Positions 42,599 through 52,735 of a stretch of 64,000 nt of DNA are shown piece after piece. The first letter of the stretch is position 1. Every line of letters starts with the position of its first letter. Origin of the DNA: Candidatus Bathyarchaeota archaeon (GTDB taxonomy: Archaea; Thermoproteota; Bathyarchaeia; Bathyarchaeales; Bathycorpusculaceae). The DNA lies in contig CAVZJV010000014.1 of assembly GCA_963775685.1 (NCBI GenBank), positions 992,001 through 1,056,000 on the forward strand, read 5' to 3'. The translations under genes and the position numbers were made by a program. The notes under the pieces were generated by a model, which was not told the DNA's origin, did no database searches, and worked only from the letters and a program-made list of their open reading frames with translations.

Positions 42599-42715
42599 AC
42601 TCAAACAACATTATTCAACACTAATCAATCGCGCGGTATAAGTCGGCTATGAACAAAAAATCACTTAAGCAAAAAATGAGCGAAAGCCCCCCACCAAACA
42701 TTTAAACAAACTCAA

Positions 42716-42755
42716 AGTTCTCGCTGGCAAATCCCTTCCTGGCAGAAGTAGAAAA
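42716..42755. promoter_or_regulatory. Copy 1 of conserved dyad motif AATCCCTTC-N6-GAAGTRGA
   Basis: caaatcccttcctggcagaagtagaaaa. Confidence 0.55.
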
Positions 42756-43005
42756 AAGCAAAAAGTGTAAAACTGTCTTAAGTGTTCTAGAACAAACAAT
42801 CATATTCTAGCTACCGCTTGTATTAAACAGTTTTGTTACAGCTCCAATGTAATACCATTTTATCTTCCTCGAAAAACATAATTGAAGCCGACCTTCTTTT
42901 CCGAGATCATTTCACTCTAACAGCTAAACTGCAAAGTGCACAAAGAACAATTCTAAAAAGGCGATATGTCAAATCCGAAAAAGATTTTGAATTTTCTATC
43001 TATGT

Positions 43006-43227
43006 TTATTCTTCGTCGAATAGGCTAATCATACTTAAAACTTGGGCGATCAATACGTTTCGAAGGTGATCAGCCTCGGTTGCTGTACAGGTGGGTGCTC
43101 TTAAACCGTGAAGATGCAGATCTATATGATCTTCTATTGCCTTGCCCATTGCAGTAACATCAGCTACCAACAAGATTTCCTCGCCACATTCACATGTAAC
43201 TTTTTTCAAGTCTTTGCTTTTCTTCAT
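43006..43227 (-). CDS. Small putative metal-binding protein (CxC...H-x3-H)
   Basis: VTCECGEEILL...IEDHIDLH. Confidence 0.7.
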   Translation of the reverse strand: MKKSKDLKKVTCECGEEILLVADVTAMGKAIEDHIDLHLHGLRAPTCTATEADHLRNVLIAQVLSMISLFDEE

Positions 43228-43294
43228 TATTTCATCAGCCTAAGAAAGTTATTTGATAAGAAATGATTTTGACAGGCAACTGACAAGAACATCG

Positions 43295-43678
43295 TCATTC
43301 ATGACATTCGCCGGGATGGTCTTTTCCAAATCCGCACATGCTTTCAAGCTGCTGCCTTTCTTTGGTATTTCTTTCGACTTCGCCACTCAAACGAGTTGAT
43401 CGCTTTAAATAATCCTCATGCAATTTTAGAAAATCAAGGCCTGTCCCAGTTACAAAATAACTAGACTCGCCATCGTGAGCTAAAAGTCCACTTCCGATAA
43501 GAGCGCTCAAGTATTTTTCTAATTGGAGAAAACTCAAATTTGCTCCATACATAATTCTAGTTTTTCGGACCTTACTCGATGCGATAGAGAGCATTTCGTG
43601 CACTATATCCAAACTATTACGATTCTTGTTTATTGATCTTTTATCTTTCAAAGACGAGCCAACACACCAACCTTGCAA
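43295..43678 (-). CDS. Winged-helix regulator (ArnR1/HTH_45-like)
   Basis: RNSLDIVHEML...KTRIMYGANLSF..LEKYL..L...GLL...VTGTGLDFL. Confidence 0.85.
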   Translation of the reverse strand: MQGWCVGSSLKDKRSINKNRNSLDIVHEMLSIASSKVRKTRIMYGANLSFLQLEKYLSALIGSGLLAHDGESSYFVTGTGLDFLKLHEDYLKRSTRLSGEVERNTKERQQLESMCGFGKDHPGECHE

Positions 43679-43828
43679 CTAATTTGAGCTTCAAGAGATA
43701 ATATTTCCAAAATTAGGGCGATTTGAAAACAAAAGATAGCTCAAACCCTTCATTGTTAGCAAATTGTGTTAGAGTAAAAATTCTTTCCTAAATTCTATGT
43801 CTAAAGTTGTTTGGGATCGGGTTGCATT

Positions 43829-43868
43829 TGTGATCACTATCTAATCCCTTCGTGACCGAAGTGGACAA
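43829..43868. promoter_or_regulatory. Copy 2 of conserved dyad motif
   Basis: ctaatcccttcgtgaccgaagtggacaa. Confidence 0.55.
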
Positions 43869-44179
43869 CTCGAAAACTAAAAGTTTTCTCAGAGAATTTA
43901 GATGTAAGCGTCCAGGTGTTATAAAGTATGAAGGGCAACTAATACAGCCCTAAAAACAGTGTTCAAAGATATAACTCGTCAGGTACACACAGATATAACG
44001 CAAAGCTACAGTTTTCAACTAAAACCTAAATCATCCGAAGTTAAGACGAAAAATTCAAAAATAAAAATCAAACCACAGAAAAAGCCCAAAAAAAGTACAC
44101 ATATTGCTTTGAACATTTCTCTTAGAAAGATTTTGAATTTATTTCAAATTACAAATAAACTAAGAAACAACCAAAAAAA

Positions 44180-44449
44180 TTATTCTTCATCGGAGAAGCC
44201 CAGTTCGTTAGCCTTCCTAAGCACTGCTAAGAGTTCTTTGCCGCGCTGAGATATGCGGTAGCAGCCATTTCCGTCAGGGCACTTAGTCGCTTCGATGAAT
44301 CCTTTTTTTTGGAACTCTGACAGATATTTGTTGAAGCGCAGATAATTCAGGTTTACTTTATACATTATCTTCATTTTTTTCTGAGGAGTCAAGATTGCCT
44401 CCAGGATTTCCATCGTTATAGTCATGCGACTGCGCTTTTGCATCTTCAC
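44180..44449 (-). CDS. Winged-helix regulator (ArnR1/HTH_45-like)
   Basis: KRSRMTITMEILE...KIMYKVNLNY.RFNKYL...YRISQRGKELL. Confidence 0.85.
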   Translation of the reverse strand: MKMQKRSRMTITMEILEAILTPQKKMKIMYKVNLNYLRFNKYLSEFQKKGFIEATKCPDGNGCYRISQRGKELLAVLRKANELGFSDEE

Positions 44450-44596
44450 TCCACCTGAACAACGAAACGTGAAAAAGCATTTAAACGATATTTCTCAAAT
44501 CGTTATATATCGCTTTGAACCTCGCTTTATGATTGCCACACAATTTGAAAGAAAACTTCACTTCCGGCAAATTAATCTTAACTGACTGCTAAAAAT

Positions 44597-44636
44597 AGTT
44601 AACCCTAACAAATCCCTTCTTGACAGAAGTGGAAAA
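44597..44636. promoter_or_regulatory. Copy 3 of conserved dyad motif
   Basis: caaatcccttcttgacagaagtggaaaa. Confidence 0.55.
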
Positions 44637-44896
44637 GAAACAAAGCAAACCCGAACTAAAAGCCTCAAGTCTCATCTCCAAATAACTAATGAAGAATCAT
44701 AGATGTGTTCACAGAAGAAGGGGTATATTGCATAAACAGGTCTCCAGAAAGAGTTCTCCACTCAAAACTTGTGACGGCGCCCTATTAAATTGTGCTGACA
44801 AAGAAGGGTGTGTACTCTTTAAAAGAGTAATTAGTGACAAAAAAGGTAAATCATATATTCTCAACCTTCTTAATTTAGTCACGTGAACCAAGCAAC

Positions 44897-45709
44897 ATGA
44901 GAGATGAGCCTAAATCAAGCCAGCAATCACCTATTTCCCAATACGAAAAATTAGCGTGCATCATTAATGCCTTGGGCGATCCCGACGCTCTAAAAATCTT
45001 TGATAAAGCATCAACAGAATTCGAAAGCGGCAAGACAACCATAAAAAAACTGAGAATAACACCTAGAAAATACTACAGAAACCTAAAAAAACTAAACGAG
45101 ATAGATTTGATTAACCATTCAGGGAACAAATGCAAATTATCACCCTTTGGCGAACTCTTACATAGACTGCTTTTCAAAGAGATCGCAACCTACCTGCTTG
45201 CAGACCAAAATGTCTCCGATCCACTCAAAAACATCGGCAGCAGAGCTGAACTGACCATAATTGATAGCTACAAAGACTTAGTCAGTGTGCTTATAGCTTC
45301 AATTGAAAAATCAAAATCTGAGATATTCCTCGCTACTAAATACATAGACATGACAGTTATTCAGAGTATTTTAATTGCCTTAGAAAGGAACATTAAAATT
45401 AAAACAATAACAAGCGAGAAAGTGGATTATTCAGGTTTCATGAAGTTACTCGGAGGCTTTGCAAAGAGTTTCAGACCAAACTCGTTGAAATTCATCATAG
45501 GTGGGGAAAACAACTACAGGTCAGGAACCGTTCCGCTGTCTTTTATGATGGTCGACAACGAAATTGCCATTTTTGAAATTCCTGAGGACGAATTCAAACT
45601 TGGTTTCGTTTCCACTGATAAAGAAATTGTAAATACCCTCAGTCGCCTGTTCCAGGAAATTTGGAGTAAATCAAAAGCACTTCATCTTCCGAGTCGAAAA
45701 TTCATTTAA
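44897..45709 (+). CDS. Transcriptional regulator: N-terminal winged HTH plus TrmB/PLD-like effector domain
   Basis: HTH (TPRKYYRNLKKL...LSPFG); IEKSKSEIFLAT, FMMVDNEIA, LFQEIW. Confidence 0.7.
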   Translation: MRDEPKSSQQSPISQYEKLACIINALGDPDALKIFDKASTEFESGKTTIKKLRITPRKYYRNLKKLNEIDLINHSGNKCKLSPFGELLHRLLFKEIATYLLADQNVSDPLKNIGSRAELTIIDSYKDLVSVLIASIEKSKSEIFLATKYIDMTVIQSILIALERNIKIKTITSEKVDYSGFMKLLGGFAKSFRPNSLKFIIGGENNYRSGTVPLSFMMVDNEIAIFEIPEDEFKLGFVSTDKEIVNTLSRLFQEIWSKSKALHLPSRKFI

Positions 45710-45751
45710 CTAGAATAACGAGGTATCTCCACAATATTTTCAAAGAACCTG

Positions 45752-46600
45752 TTGGCTTATTTTGAGCTCGTAAAAGTTTTCGGTAGCTCAAAATCTACTC
45801 TTTACTATGGTTTTTGTGCCTTCATAGGAAGTCTTCTGGCAGCATCTTGGACCCTTCCCCTGGCAGCATCTTTGGCAGCTGCGACTGCGATAACAATATC
45901 ATCATTTGCCATATACGCTCTAAACGATGTCTACGATGCTGAAATTGATGCAATCAACGATCACAAAAGACCAATCCCATCTGGCCGAATTACGATACAC
46001 CAAGCTAAGATGGTATCAGCAGTACTATTCGTGGTTAGCACAGTAATTGCAGCCGCCGTCAGCCTACCAGTTTTCCTCTTGACTGTATTTTTTTCTGTCT
46101 TAGGAATTGCCTATTCGGCGCCCCCCATAAGATTCAAAGACGGCATGTTCGCCAACATCTGTTGGGGAGTAGGAATAGCAACTGCTATCTTAGCTGGAGC
46201 ATCTGTAACATCAATCAACACCAGTTCAGCTATTGCCGCATTCATCTTTGCTTTTTTAACAGCAGGTTGTGGCCTAACTAAAGATCTAAAAGATCTTGAA
46301 GGAGACAGAGCGATGAACATACATACGCTTCCCTTAATTCTTGGAGAACAAAAAGCGATAAAAACAATGACCATTGCCTCTATTATTGGATTCTCACTTA
46401 TGTTCCTTGGCATTACGTACATAAAAATCAACATAATCGCCTTGTCACCCTTCATCTTAACTACGGCACTGTTTGCCCTAAGCCTAATTGTCCTCTTCAA
46501 GAACCCTAAATCAAAAAAAACCTACAAGAAAGCCTACAAACTACAAGCCTACGCTGGCTCTTTAATAATTATAGCCTTTGTATTAACCGCACTAACATAG
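45752..46600 (+). CDS. UbiA-family prenyltransferase (DGGGP-synthase-like)
   Basis: NDVYDAEIDAIN..RPIPSGRI, YSAPPIRFK, KDLKDLEGD; multiple TMs. Confidence 0.88.
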   Translation: MAYFELVKVFGSSKSTLYYGFCAFIGSLLAASWTLPLAASLAAATAITISSFAIYALNDVYDAEIDAINDHKRPIPSGRITIHQAKMVSAVLFVVSTVIAAAVSLPVFLLTVFFSVLGIAYSAPPIRFKDGMFANICWGVGIATAILAGASVTSINTSSAIAAFIFAFLTAGCGLTKDLKDLEGDRAMNIHTLPLILGEQKAIKTMTIASIIGFSLMFLGITYIKINIIALSPFILTTALFALSLIVLFKNPKSKKTYKKAYKLQAYAGSLIIIAFVLTALT

Positions 46601-46974
46601 ACAGCACTTTGAATCTATAGCTAAAACAGAGCTCAACTCGCCGTCATTTCTAAACAAAGAGAAGCCAAAAAAGTTGTACCTTTGAGTTGGTTTATAAGTC
46701 GAACTTTTGGCTGAGCGTCGCCTTTAATCCCAGCTAAGTTGGGGCAAACACAAGATGGCAGAATCTCACGCACATATGCTTCTGTCAAGAATTACTGGAA
46801 CACTGTAGTATTTTGCGAACCCAAAAGAAATTCCGATTATGGAGCCACATAGAAAACGGTTAAACATCCATGAAGCACTTTTAGGTTTTTTTCTTCACGC
46901 ATTTTATTTTATCCTTCAACCTTTGTTTTCAGCTTGATGAAAATTTTGCTTTTTTGTAAATCAAACATATCCGG

Positions 46975-47553
46975 TTATGTTTGTGGCTGCGTTTTAGAAG
47001 TATGGCTGTTGGAATGATTCATTTTGCCGAAGATAAAAAAAGTAAAACATGATAATAGGGGAAATAGCCACGTTATAACTATCCAGTATATTTTTAGGAA
47101 CATTATAGATACGTTCAATACTTGAAAGACATCGTCTAGTGAAATTAGAGTTAGAGATGCAAGAAAAACTATAAGCGGCAAGATTGTTTTGAAATTAATT
47201 CTTAGCTTACCGCCATTTTTTGTTTGTCCATAATAAAGGAATATGACAATTAAAGCTGCAGGATAGATAATTTCCATTATTGGCCAAAGTTGCAGTCCAA
47301 AAACAGTATCCAAATTGCCAATAGTGGCCTCTAAGCGATTATCTCCAAATGTTAGTAAAATTACAAATGCTCCAAAGAGTAGAGCTAAGATCTCGTTTTT
47401 GGTATTTTTCAGGTTAAGGTCTTCCTGGTTGCGTGCAAATTTAAAAACACAAAGCAGCTTATAGCGTTGTTTATTCCACTCTGGAGTCTTGGTTAAAAAT
47501 TTATCTATCGTATCATTGATTTTAAGCCAGTTATTTTCTTGGAACCTCAGCAT
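46975..47553 (-). CDS. Hypothetical 4-TM membrane protein (real start probably downstream of the ORF start)
   Basis: Hydrophobic helices in the C-terminal two-thirds. Confidence 0.55.
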   Translation of the reverse strand: MLRFQENNWLKINDTIDKFLTKTPEWNKQRYKLLCVFKFARNQEDLNLKNTKNEILALLFGAFVILLTFGDNRLEATIGNLDTVFGLQLWPIMEIIYPAALIVIFLYYGQTKNGGKLRINFKTILPLIVFLASLTLISLDDVFQVLNVSIMFLKIYWIVITWLFPLLSCFTFFIFGKMNHSNSHTSKTQPQT

Positions 47554-47700
47554 GGTGTCTCATAAGTCCATATGTTGAACCGTAGTTCATTAGATGGCAA
47601 TAAATTCTCGGGAAATTCTTGATTCAGCCGGTCCAGCGATAGTAATTCTTAAAAAGACTAGGAAACATTCATTTAGTCTATTCGTGAGGAAGAGACAGGT

Positions 47701-49323
47701 TTGGCAATAGCTATGGGCAAAAAAATCGTTTTAACAGCATCCGCTACAGAAATGAGCGATTTTTTTAACAATCCTTTCATCGCATTTGTGGGAGGCTTTG
47801 GCAAAGGCCCCATCCCCTTAGCCTATGTCAGAAAAACCCTCTATCCACACACCGGACGCAAAGCCAACGGACAGGCAAAGTTTGCGCCCTACGGATTAAG
47901 AAAAGTTGAATCTATCCTGCTTCAAGACGGTTTTTCACCTCAAGACATCGCTGTTGTTCATCCAGATGATTTGCAAAACTTCATTGGGCCAGAAACTAAG
48001 GTTGTCGGCATCTCCTCGATGGATCCCACCGGTATGGGTTACGTTAGCAAAACTTATTCATCCATTGTCGGCGGTGGCGAACCCATGAACGCTATAGAAT
48101 TCAAAAAGCTCGTCATGCACCCAAGCATCAAAAAGTACAAGCCGAAAATAATCGTTGGCGGTTTTGGTTCGTGGCAGCTGGAACGTCAACATGTCTCTGA
48201 TAGCTATGGTATTGACTGTGTTTTAATTGGTGGCAGACCTGGACCTATTGTGGAGCTTTTTAAGAAAGCAGTAAATGGAGATGCAATTCCGCGCATCGCA
48301 AAGGCGGATGAATCTTTAAACAATTGGAACTATAACCAGGAAATGCCGCTAAGCAAAAACGTTGCAATTCACGGTGCGGTAGAGATCTCGAAGGGGTGTG
48401 GCAGGAACTGTCAATTCTGCACGCCAACCATGCAAAACAAGGTTGATGTGCCCTTGGATAAGGTCATGCAGGAAGTTGCCCTTAGCACTGCCCAAGGCAG
48501 CGATCATATAACCTTAATCACAGAGGACCTCTTCATCTACGGCTCAACAGACAAATCATTTATTCCGAATCGTGAAGCGGTTGTGAAGCTGGTTAAAAGC
48601 GTGGCGGATCATCCTGGTGTGAAGAGTATTCAGGCTTCTCACATGTCGTTAGCTCCGGTTTGGCATGATCCTTTGATGATTAAGCAACTTGCTGAAATTC
48701 TCATTGAGAAAAGCTGGTATTCTTTTGGCAAAAAACCGATAATCACTGCGGAGACTGGTGTTGAGACGGGCAGTCCGCGGCTTATGAAGAAGTACATGGC
48801 GGGCAAAATGTTGCCGTTTAAGCCTGAACAGTGGCAAGATGTAGTCACTAACGCGTTTGGCATTCTAAACGATAACGATTGGTATCCGTTGGCAACTTTA
48901 ATCATCGGGTTGCCTGAGGAAAAAGAAGAAGACATACTCCAGACCTTGGAGTTGATGGATAAACTCAAAGGCTACAACGCATTCTATGTGCCGCTCTTCT
49001 TTGTGCCGCTTGAAAACTGTGTTTTGATGAACAAGAAAGGCGCCGAAATGGATTCCCTCTCCAAAGCACGATGGGACTTCTTTATCAAATGCTGGGAATA
49101 TAACATCAAAATCTGGAAACCAACTTTCCTGGAAAACCGCATACCCAACTCACTGCTCTACAAAACCTTCGACAACTTTATCATACCCTACTTTGGCAAA
49201 ATCCTGGGCACATATTATGGTTTAACGCGCGGAGAAAAGAGCGACCAATTAAAACAGGCGGTTTGGCAATTGAGCATGCCTATGCCTGAATCTGAAAAAC
49301 ACAAAATGAAAGACAGAGTTTAG
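47701..49323 (+). CDS. B12-binding-domain radical SAM protein (resembles the GDGT ring synthase Grs family)
   Basis: CGRNCQFC (CxxxCxxC); APYGLRKVE; IIVGG; GVETGS. Confidence 0.88.
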   Translation: MAIAMGKKIVLTASATEMSDFFNNPFIAFVGGFGKGPIPLAYVRKTLYPHTGRKANGQAKFAPYGLRKVESILLQDGFSPQDIAVVHPDDLQNFIGPETKVVGISSMDPTGMGYVSKTYSSIVGGGEPMNAIEFKKLVMHPSIKKYKPKIIVGGFGSWQLERQHVSDSYGIDCVLIGGRPGPIVELFKKAVNGDAIPRIAKADESLNNWNYNQEMPLSKNVAIHGAVEISKGCGRNCQFCTPTMQNKVDVPLDKVMQEVALSTAQGSDHITLITEDLFIYGSTDKSFIPNREAVVKLVKSVADHPGVKSIQASHMSLAPVWHDPLMIKQLAEILIEKSWYSFGKKPIITAETGVETGSPRLMKKYMAGKMLPFKPEQWQDVVTNAFGILNDNDWYPLATLIIGLPEEKEEDILQTLELMDKLKGYNAFYVPLFFVPLENCVLMNKKGAEMDSLSKARWDFFIKCWEYNIKIWKPTFLENRIPNSLLYKTFDNFIIPYFGKILGTYYGLTRGEKSDQLKQAVWQLSMPMPESEKHKMKDRV

Positions 49324-49382
49324 GCAGTTTCTTCTTCTGACATTTCTTCCATATTTTCTTGTTGTGGCTCTGCTGGCTGTTG

Positions 49383-50222
49383 TTATGTTGTGGGTTGGTC
49401 TTGGGGTTGGTTTTGTGGGGTTTCTTGTGGTTCTTGGGTTGGTGGTTTTAGGATTTTTCTTGCGTGGGTTATGTAACCTGTGTGTCCGGTCATCATTGTG
49501 TTGGGTCGGGTTTTTCCTCTTTCAACTTGCATGGTTCGCATGAGGCATTCGACAGTTTCGATGAAGACAAAGCCGTTTTCGCGCAGCGCCTCGGTGGTTT
49601 TTACGACTTGGTCGATGGTTGGGCTAAAAGAGACAAGGATGCCTGAGGGTTTGAGTGCTGTGTAGGCGTGTGGAACGACTAACCATGGAACGGCAAGGTC
49701 CAAAATTACTGCGTCGACATCTCGTTCTTCATATCCGGTGACTGTGACATCGCCGCTTTTCATTTCTACATAGTCAATCAACTTGGAGCGTTGCAGGTTT
49801 TTTGCGGCGTTTTTCTGGAATTCATTTCGAAGCTCGTAGGTGTAGACTTTTCCTGTTGGTCCAACGTAGTGTGCAAGTGCTGTGGTTAAGGAGGCTGTGC
49901 CTGTGCCTGATTCCACGACTCGGCTTCCTGGTCCGATGCCGCTGAACATGACGATTAGGGCGGCGTCTTTGGGGTAGATGATTTGGGTGTTGCGGCTGGA
50001 TTTCATGATGTAGTCGGTTAAGGCGGGTTTTAGTGTGGTAAAGTAGATGCCTAGACTGCTTTTGATGGGTTCGCCATATTCTTTGCCTATAACTTCGTCT
50101 AGCTTGATGTAGCCTTTGTGGGTGTGGAATGTTTGTCCTGCCTGCATCTTTATCATGTATGTTCGCCGTGCATCCAAATAGATCAGCACGTTGTCGCCGT
50201 CACATATCTTTTCGTTAGCCAA
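49383..50222 (-). CDS. trmI: tRNA (adenine-57/58-N1)-methyltransferase
   Basis: FHTHKG, TQIIYPKD, VESGTGTASLT, YELR, LDLAVPW, FSPTIDQV, GHTGYI. Confidence 0.93.
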   Translation of the reverse strand: MANEKICDGDNVLIYLDARRTYMIKMQAGQTFHTHKGYIKLDEVIGKEYGEPIKSSLGIYFTTLKPALTDYIMKSSRNTQIIYPKDAALIVMFSGIGPGSRVVESGTGTASLTTALAHYVGPTGKVYTYELRNEFQKNAAKNLQRSKLIDYVEMKSGDVTVTGYEERDVDAVILDLAVPWLVVPHAYTALKPSGILVSFSPTIDQVVKTTEALRENGFVFIETVECLMRTMQVERGKTRPNTMMTGHTGYITHARKILKPPTQEPQETPQNQPQDQPTT

Positions 50223-50413
50223 CTGACTTGCCTCTTTTGGAAGTGAAACGGGCTTGTTCCATTTAAGCTTTGAACTCTAATGCTTGGAAAAGTTTAGTTC
50301 TTATGTTTGGGTGGGTGGATTTTGCGTTTTGTGTTGAGTTGAATGTTTCAGGTGGTGTTTCATGTTTGGGTGGTTGTTTTTTCTTTGAGGTGCAGTTAAG
50401 GTAAAATGCCTGT

Positions 50414-50770
50414 GTGTGTTTGTGGTTGCTGATGTGTATGTCTAGCCTTGAGTGGAAGTATGCTCAGCCTGTTCAGAGAAGGATTCGAGTTATGAAAGTT
50501 AACCGTCAGGATCGTCATCTTGATGCGCAAAATGTCGATGAGGGGGTTCCTTTCTGTCTTGATGCCGACCAGAGGATCGATTTGGACAAGATAAAGAAGG
50601 CAAAGATTTACGTTGCAACCATCAAAGTGTTCACTGCTGAACTTAACAGTGAGCTTGAGAGGCAGCTAACAGAGATGTCGCTAAAGGACATTGAACTTCG
50701 TCATAGCTTAGAAGTTATGAAGCAATCAGGGTCGCAATTCAAGAAATTTGAGTTAGTAGCAATCAAATAG
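50414..50770 (+). CDS. Hypothetical protein (start probably 50438)
   Basis: 118-aa ORF with protein-like composition; no family recognised. Confidence 0.5.
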   Translation: MCLWLLMCMSSLEWKYAQPVQRRIRVMKVNRQDRHLDAQNVDEGVPFCLDADQRIDLDKIKKAKIYVATIKVFTAELNSELERQLTEMSLKDIELRHSLEVMKQSGSQFKKFELVAIK

Positions 50771-50982
50771 TTTTCTAACTGTATCCCTCGCGTTTTGGTT
50801 TAGTGCTGATACTTTGATGAAATAGTTTCTGGAAGCGTTTTGCGGATAAGTCTTAGCTAGACATTAGATTATTTGTTAAGAAGTCGCGCATAACCGGGGG
50901 AGGAAACGCAGTTAACTAACGTTGGATACCTCTCGGTAGATTATAAACGAAAAAACTGCTATCTCTAAGAAAAGAAAATGTA

Positions 50983-51122
50983 TGGTGGGGCTGATCGGAT
51001 TTGAACCGATGACCAACGGGTTTCCCCAAAGTAGACCGCTCCAGAATTTCGTCATCCCCTGTCGGGTCAAGCAATCAATGCTTTCTGGAGCCCGCCGTAC
51101 TACCTGGCTATACTACAACCCC
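50983..51122 (-). tRNA. tRNA-Trp(CCA) with 63-nt intron at 37/38 (intron 51022..51084) and encoded CCA end
   Basis: GGGGTTG/CAGCCCC acceptor stem, GCGGG-CTCCAG|...|A-CCCGT anticodon arm, TTCAAAT T-loop, BHB (CTCC/GGGG helix with 3-nt bulges). Confidence 0.93.
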
Positions 51123-51345
51123 AAACATTTTCTTGTAAAAACATACAATACAGAATTATAAAAAGACATTGGATTTAAGCAAGAATCTCTTTGAATTTCT
51201 CATAAAGTTTTCGTTTCAACTAAACAAAACAGCAGAGCCATTGCACCTTGGACTTCGGGCTCGGGTCTTACGAATCCAAAACGGAAGGTTAACCAGAAAA
51301 GGTGGCTCTTAGCTTATTTGGTGTTGAATCGGTTTTTGATGGAGG

Positions 51346-52025
51346 TTATTGTATGGTTTTGCTGAATGTTCTTACTGCTTCAGATGCGTTTGTGGTGAGT
51401 GGTTCTCCGTGTCTGGGTAGCATAATTTGGAAGTCAAGTGATGCGATTCTTCGGATGGATTCTTTTTGTTTGTTTGCGTCCCAGACGAACTGTTCGGGTG
51501 CTGCTACGACTTTGTCTGCTTTGAGTCTGAGTGTATCGCCTAGAAAGAGTGCTTTTTGTTCTGTGTTCAGTAAGGCAATGCTTCCTGGTGTGTGTCCAGG
51601 GGTATGGATGATTGTGTATCTGCTGATTTTGTCGCCTTCTTTTAGTTGGATGTCTACTGGGGTTGGGTCTAGTTTCATGAAGGATGAGGCTGCTCTTATG
51701 AGTAGGTTTTTGGGTTTTGGCAGAGGTTTGTTTCCTGAAACGTAGTCTGCATCATCGGTGTGGACTGCTACTTTGGCGTTTGTTAGGGTTTGGAGTTCTC
51801 TGAGGCTGCCGGTGTGGTCAATGTGGTAGTGGGTTATGATAATTGTGGAAACGTCGGTGGGTTGGTGGCCTATTTTTTTGATGTATTGGAGGGTTTCTTT
51901 GCATTGCCTGGCAACCCGGTGTCTACAATAAGAATGTTGGATCCATCGATAATTAGGTAGACGTTGCTGTGAGCTATGTTTCCGCTGGCTTCATCTACTC
52001 TGTGAATACCTTCAATGATTTCCAT
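51346..52025 (-). pseudogene. MBL-fold metallo-hydrolase with one frameshift (~51894)
   Basis: VDTG; adding one A gives ...KKTLQYIKKIGHQPTDVSTIIITHYHIDHTG (HxHxDH); HTPGHT, GD in the downstream ORF. Confidence 0.8.
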
Positions 52026-52331
52026 CAAAGTAACTCCGTTTGTCTTTTGTGTTGTCGGAAGGATTTTCGAGCTTTTAAACACTGTCCTTTAAGTCAATGT
52101 TGGGGGGAATTTAATGCGCTCTTGCAGGGGTGTTTGTCTGAAACCTTGTTGTTTTTGTCAGTTTGTGGAGGGTGGGGTTTGGGGCGATGTCTGCTAACAA
52201 GCTTGCAGTTTCTTTCTCGTAAGATTCTCCACTTTCTGAGGAATCTGCTCTAGCGGCGAATCTTTTTTGGTTTCTTGGCTTCGGGCGTTGGCCATGCTCC
52301 GGAGGGACTTTGTAATTTACGTGTGAGGTAA

Positions 52332-52735
52332 CTATTTTGTCTGTTGAGGGTCTTTTCGGGGTATTTTTAGGCTGTTGAAGTGCTTGTCAAAAGATATTAT
52401 TGCTTCTGCTTGAATGCTCAGTGCTGTTGAGTATTGGATAGCGTCGTCCATGTCTAGCTTTTGCAGTAATGCTGTTTCCACAGCGTTTATTTCATCTGTT
52501 ATGGTTGTATGGTACATGTGCAGTCCTTTGTATGCGGTAAGGCTTGAGAGGAAGATTTTGAGTTCTTTTAATCTATTAAGGTTGTACATGATTACGATTA
52601 TGGAATGTATTGTGAAATCGGTCACTACACCGGTTTTTTTGCCTCTTCGGATTAGGTCTAGGAAGTTTTCGCATTCTTCTTTTCTATCTTGAAGCAAAAG
52701 GACTTCTAAAAAATGTTGGTGTCAACAAGATACAT
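52332..52735 (-). pseudogene. vapC: PIN-domain (VapC-like) toxin with frameshift in a T-run (52708-52713)
   Basis: MYLVDTNIF(L)EV... then DDAIQY, ISFDKHF. Confidence 0.8.

Noticed and set aside
42728-44636. Family of NPFxxEV micropeptides
   Set aside because: All three copies have an in-frame stop 4-9 codons upstream and no ATG/GTG/TTG start; kept only as a non-coding motif
50893-50937. GC-rich imperfect stem (ACCGGGGG...CTCTCGGT) near tRNA-Trp
   Set aside because: Single short stem with wobbles; no family features
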